NCBI GenBank assembly: GCA_900539165.1
Contig: UQAZ01000002.1
Location: 13,559-77,558 of the forward strand
Direction of reading: 5' to 3'
Source of the DNA: an uncultured Oscillospiraceae bacterium
Lineage (GTDB): Bacteria; Bacillota; Clostridia; Oscillospirales; Acutalibacteraceae
Length of the DNA: 64,000 nt
Shown: piece after piece, positions 58,185 through 64,000 of the stretch
Numbering within the stretch: position 1 is the first letter of the stretch
Layout of the letters: each line of letters opens with the position of its first letter
Made by a program: the position numbers and the translations under genes
Notes under the pieces: generated by a model
Database searches by the model: none
What the model was told of the DNA's origin: nothing
What the model saw: the letters and a program-made list of their open reading frames with translations, nothing else

Positions 58185-59857
58185 GCATTAATTACAGAAG
58201 AAATAATATTCCTCAAGGCATCAAGACGAGTTTTCGCCTGAGCCTTGTTTTCATCAACGATTGAATAGTAAACCTTTATCTTTGGCTCGGTGCCACTTGG
58301 TCTGACAGCCATCCAAGAGCCGTCGGTAAAAATATACTTTAGCACATTTTCTTTTGGCAAATCGCCTACACCGACAGAATAATCAATAACTCTCTCGACT
58401 CCGTCAAAAGCATTGTTCCCCTTTGCACGAAATTCGCTCATAAGGCGAGAAATCTTTTCAGCACCGTCTTTACCCTTTAGGACAAAGGAATCGAGGTAAT
58501 CGAGATAATAACCGTATTCATCATAAATTTCGTTAATTCCGTCAACAAGCGTCTTGCCCTGATTTTTATACCAAGCTGCCATTTCGCAAATAAGCAGAGA
58601 GGAAACAACTGCATCCTTATCACGAGTATGAGTGCCGATAAGATAACCGTAGCTTTCCTCATAGCCGATAACAAATTCCTGCTCGCCTGTTCTTTCGTAC
58701 TTATTAATCTTATCGCCGATATACTTAAAGCCTGTAAGCGTTTCATCGACACGCAAGCCGTATTTTCTTCCTATATTTGCACCCAAATCCGATGTTACGA
58801 TAGTCTTAACAAGTGTAGATTTAGAATTAAGGCTGTCCTTTCTCATAGTCAAGACAAAATTAACAAGCAACGCACCCGTTTGATTTCCCGTGAGTAAAAT
58901 ATATTCACCGTTTTTATCTCTGACAGCAACACCCACTCTGTCGCAATCGGGGTCTGTGCCGAGTACAATATCCGCATTTTTCTTTTTAGCAATCTCTATG
59001 CCCAAAGTAAGAGCCTGTCTGTCCTCGGGATTAGGCGATTTAACCGTCGGGAAATTACCGTCAGGGTCTTCCTGCTCCTTTACAACATAAACAATCTTAC
59101 CCTCAAGTACCTTTCTGACAGGGACATTACCCGTGCCGTGAAGCGGAGTATATACAATTTTAAGCTCGCTGTGGTTATCATAGACGGACTGAGTTTTTAC
59201 AGCCTTGATGAATTCTTCAAAAAGTTCCTCGTAAACCCCAACAATCATTCCGTTTTTAATATATTCTTCTACATTCAACACGCCGTCATAAATCTTTGAG
59301 TAATCGTCTACGGCTTCGATATATGACATTGCTTCTTTTGCGTCATCGGTACAAAGCTGGCAACCTGTATTATCATAAACCTTATATCCGTTATATTCCT
59401 TTGGATTATGAGACGCCGTAATCATAACGCCTGCATTACAATGCAAATATCTCGTTGCAAAGGAAAGCATAGGAACAGGAACTTTTTGAAGATAAGCAAA
59501 AACTTTAATGCCTTGAGAAGCAAACACTCTTGCAGCATCCCACTCAAAGCCGTCAGAATTAAGCCTTGTATCGCAAGCAATAGCAACGCTTATCTCGCCG
59601 TCGTATTTATTTTTCAAATATTTTGCAAGCCCGAGGGTTGCCTTACCCACGGTGTACTCATTCATACGATTTGTACCTGCACCCATAATGCCACGCAAGC
59701 CGCCTGTTCCGAATGCCAAATCCTTATAAAATCTATCCTCAATTTCCTTTTCGTCAGTTAGAGACGAAAGTTCATTTCGTGTGTTTTCGTCAAAAGTCAG
59801 CCAATGGCTGTATTTTTCATTTACTGTCATACCGCACCTCCGAGAAATATATTTCAT
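58181..59857 (-). CDS. Phosphoglucomutase/phosphomannomutase (alpha-D-phosphohexomutase)
   Basis: Active-site serine loop TASHNPKEYNGYK, a metal-binding DPDCDR and the GEESYG sugar-binding loop. 558 aa. Confidence 0.9.
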   Translation of the reverse strand: MKYISRRCGMTVNEKYSHWLTFDENTRNELSSLTDEKEIEDRFYKDLAFGTGGLRGIMGAGTNRMNEYTVGKATLGLAKYLKNKYDGEISVAIACDTRLNSDGFEWDAARVFASQGIKVFAYLQKVPVPMLSFATRYLHCNAGVMITASHNPKEYNGYKVYDNTGCQLCTDDAKEAMSYIEAVDDYSKIYDGVLNVEEYIKNGMIVGVYEELFEEFIKAVKTQSVYDNHSELKIVYTPLHGTGNVPVRKVLEGKIVYVVKEQEDPDGNFPTVKSPNPEDRQALTLGIEIAKKKNADIVLGTDPDCDRVGVAVRDKNGEYILLTGNQTGALLVNFVLTMRKDSLNSKSTLVKTIVTSDLGANIGRKYGLRVDETLTGFKYIGDKINKYERTGEQEFVIGYEESYGYLIGTHTRDKDAVVSSLLICEMAAWYKNQGKTLVDGINEIYDEYGYYLDYLDSFVLKGKDGAEKISRLMSEFRAKGNNAFDGVERVIDYSVGVGDLPKENVLKYIFTDGSWMAVRPSGTEPKIKVYYSIVDENKAQAKTRLDALRNIISSVINA

Positions 59858-59865
59858 TATATAAC

Positions 59866-59893
59866 AAAAGAGGTGAAAAAATCCACCTCTTTT
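59866..59893 (-). terminator. Hairpin terminator downstream of the transporter gene
   Basis: A 10-bp stem AAAAGAGGTG / CACCTCTTTT with an 8-nt loop. The U-tract is partly within the stem. Confidence 0.4.
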
Positions 59894-59917
59894 ACTTAAA
59901 AATTATATTTTTTTCAA

Positions 59918-62476
59918 TTATTTCTTAGAAGCTTTCTTAGCAGCCTTTTCTGCCTTGCGGCGTTCAAGCTCTGCCTTTTCTTCCTCAACAAGTCTTGCTT
60001 CCTCTTCAGCCTCTTTTGCTTCAGTTATGGCAACATTTTCCTTAGCCTGCTCATAGAGAGCCTCGATTTCGTCGAAGTGCTTGAAGTTTTCATTCTGATT
60101 AAGAAGCTTCTTAGCGTCAACATAAGGCTTAGCTGCACGGTTAAACTGTGCGTGCTTATCCATTTCGTCCTTAGAAAGCTTACGAACCTGCTTACGCTCC
60201 TCGCTGTACTTCTTAATCTCTGCCTTGAGTCTCTTGTACTCTTCGGTGTCTTTGTCCTTCTTAGCGATGTGGCTAAGCTTTGCAAGCTCTGCAATCTTAT
60301 CGTCAAGCTCGTCCTCTTGATTAAAGTACTGCTCGATTGTGTCGAAGCTAAGTTCCTCAAATGTATTTGTTGAGCCAAAGAACTTGATATATGACTTAAC
60401 AGCAGAAATCTGTGATTTAGCAAGCTCGATATAGAACTTTCTGATTTCCTTTTCTTCCTCTGTATGGTTAGGCATAGCCTTTGACTTAGCAAGCTGAGCC
60501 TTTGCCTCATCGAGAGAAGTGTTCTTAATTCCGTCAAGACCTGCCTCAAAAATCTTTGTGTAAGCCTCAAGCTTATGCTTACCTAAGTTAGAATCGAACT
60601 TATTAAGCTCGTCAACAACAAACTTTGAAACTTCGATTTCTTCGTTATATTCGAGAGCCTCTCTGTAAGCCTTTTTAGCTTCCTTGCGTTCCTTCTTGTC
60701 GGAAACGTTTTTATACATAGCCTTGCTTACTTCTTTAGGAGTAGCAACAGCCATTTCTTTAGCATTATTAACAAGGTCAATCATCTCTACGATGTCCTTG
60801 TCCTTCATAGCGTTATTACCGTAGTCCTCGAATACTGCACGAACCTTGAGTACACGAACATAAGACTTTTGCTTCTTCTCTGTCAAGTCATAGAAGAAGA
60901 ACGGAATAACATTAAGAGTAGCACCGAGAGCTGCAACAAGTACCAATACCTTGAGCAACGGAAGCAAGATTCCGTTTACATCATAAAGAGCAGATGAAGC
61001 ATTGGTAAAGTTATTCTGACCGTTTGCAAGCTGGTCGGTAAGCATCTGGGAAATTGTCTGATTTGAACCCGGGAGCATTCTTGACATCAAAGCCGGGTTG
61101 CTTGTAACCTCAGCGGCTCTTGCAGCTGTCATACCGTACTTCTCCTGAAGTGCAGGAAGAACACCTGCTGTGATAAGAGTGATAACGCTGCCGATAGCTG
61201 CCACAGCGGCAAACATACCGTCGATACGCTCGCCTGTCTTATACTGCTGATAGTCACGAATATCTGCCTGAATAGACGGGTTAAGAATATGAGCAAATGC
61301 ACCGACGATACCGTTAAGGTAAAGACAAGCAAGAACTGCCCAAATTACATAGTTTTTAATGTTTCCGGCTTCGTTGGCAGAACCCATAAAGAACGGATAC
61401 ATACAAAGAATAAATGCGATGTTAAAGAGGTTTGTAACAATCTGTACCTTTTTCTTACCCCATTTTCTGATACAGAACGGAGCAAGAAGCATACCCCAAA
61501 GGGAAGCGTTACCGTATACGGTAGTAATGATAGCGTATGTACCCTGTGAGCAAGCACCGCCATAGTTACAAATCCAATAAAGAATATTAGAATAGGCTGT
61601 TTCAAGGAAGCCGATCCAAGAAGCAAGAGAAATAATCCAGAAATACTTATTCTTAGCTACTTCTCTGAGCGCGTCTGTAAACTTAATTTGAATAACGTGA
61701 GTCTTTGCCTGAATAATCTTCTCCTGTGTATTTGCATAAACGATAAATACAAGCAATGAGCCGATTACACCGATAACAGGGAATGCAATTCTGTAAACCT
61801 TAATATCGGTTTGGTTAGTGTGAAGTAAACCTGCAATAATAGGAATAATGAGGTTATACACTGTTGGGCCGAAAGAATAAACAACGCTCTTGATAGAAGC
61901 AACATCGGCACGCTCCTGTGAGTTAGGAGAAAGTACATGGATAAGATTTTCGTAAGCGTCATAGAAGAAGTTATAGAAGAACTGAAGTGCGATATTAAAT
62001 GCAAGAATTACTACGCACTTAGCAACATACTGAGCTTCTCTGCCGAAAATCTGTCCGTCGCCAACGATGAGATGAAGCTTATCGTACGGGAACCATACCA
62101 TCGTTACAAAAATAACGGCACAAGGAATACCCATCCTTAAAAGATACGGTCTGTACTTACCTGCTTTATTTCGGGTGTTATCGACAATGTTTGCACGAAC
62201 ACCTGTAAGCGGGATACCCGAAAGAATTGCGATAACATACAAAATGTACATATCTGTGAGACCGATACCAATAGTACCGGACAAGAATACGTTTGTTGCA
62301 CCCAAGATACAAGGGTAACTCATACAAACGATTAAATAAGCGCCTATACCGCCAAAAGCGTATGAGGCAATTTCCTTAAAGGACATATATCTGCCCTTTG
62401 CCGGCTTTTTCCAATAGTACTTAACATTATTAATTAATGTTGAAGCCTTTTCGGAAAGCCCTGATTTTTCAGCCAT
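59918..62476 (-). CDS. GPH-family (MFS) glycoside:cation symporter with a ~310-aa K/E-rich coiled-coil C-terminal cytoplasmic extension
   Basis: N-terminal MSFKEIASYAFGGIGAYL and 12 TM helices typical of MelB/GPH transporters, ending near ...NVIPFFFYDLTEKK. A continuous in-frame ~310-aa tail (KKAYREALEYNEEIE...EAKEAEEEARLVEEEKAELERRKAEKAAKKASKK) has no TM segment. Start reassigned to MAEKSG (62476), behind an AAGGAG RBS. Strongly optimised codon usage. Confidence 0.7.
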   Translation of the reverse strand: MAEKSGLSEKASTLINNVKYYWKKPAKGRYMSFKEIASYAFGGIGAYLIVCMSYPCILGATNVFLSGTIGIGLTDMYILYVIAILSGIPLTGVRANIVDNTRNKAGKYRPYLLRMGIPCAVIFVTMVWFPYDKLHLIVGDGQIFGREAQYVAKCVVILAFNIALQFFYNFFYDAYENLIHVLSPNSQERADVASIKSVVYSFGPTVYNLIIPIIAGLLHTNQTDIKVYRIAFPVIGVIGSLLVFIVYANTQEKIIQAKTHVIQIKFTDALREVAKNKYFWIISLASWIGFLETAYSNILYWICNYGGACSQGTYAIITTVYGNASLWGMLLAPFCIRKWGKKKVQIVTNLFNIAFILCMYPFFMGSANEAGNIKNYVIWAVLACLYLNGIVGAFAHILNPSIQADIRDYQQYKTGERIDGMFAAVAAIGSVITLITAGVLPALQEKYGMTAARAAEVTSNPALMSRMLPGSNQTISQMLTDQLANGQNNFTNASSALYDVNGILLPLLKVLVLVAALGATLNVIPFFFYDLTEKKQKSYVRVLKVRAVFEDYGNNAMKDKDIVEMIDLVNNAKEMAVATPKEVSKAMYKNVSDKKERKEAKKAYREALEYNEEIEVSKFVVDELNKFDSNLGKHKLEAYTKIFEAGLDGIKNTSLDEAKAQLAKSKAMPNHTEEEKEIRKFYIELAKSQISAVKSYIKFFGSTNTFEELSFDTIEQYFNQEDELDDKIAELAKLSHIAKKDKDTEEYKRLKAEIKKYSEERKQVRKLSKDEMDKHAQFNRAAKPYVDAKKLLNQNENFKHFDEIEALYEQAKENVAITEAKEAEEEARLVEEEKAELERRKAEKAAKKASKK

Positions 62477-62506
62477 AAAATCTACTCCTTTATAAATGCT
62501 TTGATA

Positions 62507-62535
62507 ATCATAACACAAATTGTTATTAATTACAA
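62507..62535 (-). promoter_or_regulatory. Sigma-A-type promoter for the transporter gene
   Basis: On the minus strand: TTGTAA (62535-62530), a 17-nt spacer, TATGAT (62512-62507), about 25 nt upstream of the RBS/ATG at 62476. Confidence 0.4.
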
Positions 62536-62690
62536 GAAAATTAGCAAAAATTACAAGATTTTATATCATTTGACATATCAATGTAATTTTTGCCGTTAAA
62601 ATTCCCGATTTTGCACAGGCAAGAGTCGGGACAGAACAAAGCTGATTTCACAAGAAATGCGAAACCAGCCTTTTATTTAATTACATTTTA

Positions 62691-63983
62691 TCAGCCGTAG
62701 AAGCCGATTGATTTGATATGAGGATTTGAACGGCTCTGACGAATTACAAACACAGCGCCTGTGTAAGTACCTCTGAGTTTAACAATCTTCTTAGCTCCGA
62801 TAACAGTACCGGAATAAACTTTTTTGTATCTTCCGCTTGCCTTTTTAAGGTAAAGGTCAAACTTTTCAACTCTCTGAGACTTACTGATGTCCTCTTGAAC
62901 AATGAAGTATTTAAGCTTTGACGGATTTGCAAACTTAAATTCAAGGTATCCCTGATCATCCTTCAGTTCGCCGAACGATTGCTCGATAATCGGATTTGCT
63001 GTAATTGATTCAATCTGCTGACCGAGCGCCTTGAGCCTTGACACATCCTTAGAGCAGATAACGCCCTTATCTGTTGGCGGAACATTAAGGAGCAATGTGC
63101 AGTTATTGCCGACCGACTTCAAGTAAATATTGAAAAGCTTTCTTACGCTCTTAACTGTTTTATCGTCTTTTTTATGATAAAACCAACCCTTACGGATAGA
63201 AACATCGACCTCAGCAGGATACCAAGCAAGATAAGCATTTTTCTCAAGTACATTACGAGAACCCAAATCCTCATCCATAGTATCAACCTTTTGGAGTCTG
63301 CCTGCGTCGCCCTCTGAGGACTGACTGTTTTTCTCGGTGGATTCACATTCCCTGAGAGATGCCGGAACGACGCTGTATTCATTTTTACGAGCCTTACCCG
63401 CCTCATTGCCTACCCAGCGAATATCCTCACCGCAGATAGCGATATTTGCATTTGGCTGAAGCCTATGAATAGTCTCATAATATCTTTTCCAATCATATGT
63501 AAAGGCTTTTGCGTTAGCTCCTTTTGCACCGTCGAACCAAACCTCGAAAATCTTGCCGTAGTTTGTTAAAAGTTCGGTAAGTTGATTAACGAAATAATCA
63601 TTATACTCCGGCGTTGCGTAACACGGCTCGTGCATATCCCACGGAGAAAGATAAACGCCGAAATCAATATCGTTTACATAGCAGGCATCGGAAACAGCCT
63701 TAACAATATCGGTATGAAGTTTAGTATTCATAACATTAAAATCGGTATACTTAGTATCCCAGAGACAGAAACCGTCGTGATGCTTACATGTAAGAATAAC
63801 GCCCGTAACACCTGCCGCTTTAACAGCCTTAACCCACTGCTCGGGATTAATCTTTGTAATATCGAAATCCTTAACAGTTTCGGTTGCTGCACCCCACTCA
63901 CGGTCGTTAGCGGTATTCATGCCGAAATGGAAGAATGCGTAAAATGGTTTTTCCTGAAGGGTGAGTTGATGTTCGTTAGGCAC
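62691..63983 (-). CDS. Glycoside hydrolase family 29 alpha-L-fucosidase (cytoplasmic)
   Basis: GH29 signatures: FYAFFHFGMNT (vs FG.FIHWG), the catalytic-nucleophile region TCKHHDGFCLWDT, WFDGA, and a C-terminal beta-sandwich. 430 aa, no signal peptide. Confidence 0.85.
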   Translation of the reverse strand: MPNEHQLTLQEKPFYAFFHFGMNTANDREWGAATETVKDFDITKINPEQWVKAVKAAGVTGVILTCKHHDGFCLWDTKYTDFNVMNTKLHTDIVKAVSDACYVNDIDFGVYLSPWDMHEPCYATPEYNDYFVNQLTELLTNYGKIFEVWFDGAKGANAKAFTYDWKRYYETIHRLQPNANIAICGEDIRWVGNEAGKARKNEYSVVPASLRECESTEKNSQSSEGDAGRLQKVDTMDEDLGSRNVLEKNAYLAWYPAEVDVSIRKGWFYHKKDDKTVKSVRKLFNIYLKSVGNNCTLLLNVPPTDKGVICSKDVSRLKALGQQIESITANPIIEQSFGELKDDQGYLEFKFANPSKLKYFIVQEDISKSQRVEKFDLYLKKASGRYKKVYSGTVIGAKKIVKLRGTYTGAVFVIRQSRSNPHIKSIGFYG

Positions 63984-64000
63984 AATAGAGATATATCTCT

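Noticed and set aside
60025-60570. 181-aa R/S/L-rich ORF on the same strand inside the transporter tail
   Set aside because: It is an alternate-frame artefact of the repetitive K/E-rich coding sequence. It has no RBS and a low-complexity composition.
62477-62518. Upstream in-frame ATG (MCYDYQSIYKGVDF...) proposed by the ORF track as the transporter start
   Set aside because: The predicted -10 (TATGAT) and the AAGGAG RBS lie inside this extension. The ATG at 62476 (MAEKSG...) has proper RBS spacing.
1-64000. Scan for CRISPR arrays, IS elements or transposases, integrases, phage genes, toxin-antitoxin pairs, rRNA and tRNA genes
   Set aside because: No direct-repeat arrays. No transposase or integrase-like ORFs. 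All intergenic regions over 120 bp are AT-rich promoter regions or the SAM riboswitch. The window appears to be stable core chromosome.

Overview
This window is a low-GC Firmicutes (Clostridia-type, spore-former) chromosomal core region, densely coding with short intergenic gaps. I found no mobile elements, CRISPR arrays, rRNA or tRNA genes. An unknown SDR/zinc-ribbon protein and a long-tailed transporter stand out, but nothing here looks like a coherent novel multi-gene system.

From 0.2 to 36 kb nearly everything is on the minus strand, in long tightly coupled arrays:
- The ligA to addA array contains ligA, murD, two M42 peptidases, ynbB-like, DUF2461 and addB-addA.
- The classic Bacillus/Clostridium sporulation-adjacent synteny block is present: recN-argR-nadK-tlyA-dxs-ispA-xseB-xseA-[folD slot]-nusB-asp23, followed by the eight-gene spoIIIAA-AH operon. 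A TsaD/Kae1-family paralog sits where folD normally is.

The second half contains:
- A GtrA-like::YfhO-like fused membrane glycosyltransferase.
- A long-form prs, spoIIID and proC.
- metK with a textbook SAM-I riboswitch plus terminator.
- An unusual, strongly codon-optimised SDR-fold protein with a C-terminal Cys4 zinc-ribbon extension.
- rmuC, rpiB, tsaB-tsaE (no tsaD), fhs, a SEDS protein and cca.
- A cytoplasmic glycan-processing cluster: GH38 alpha-mannosidase, phosphoglucomutase, GH29 alpha-L-fucosidase, and a GPH-family transporter with a roughly 310-aa K/E-rich coiled-coil tail.

Several intrinsic terminators and sigma-A-like promoters are readable directly. All functional calls are from motif recognition by eye, without database searches.
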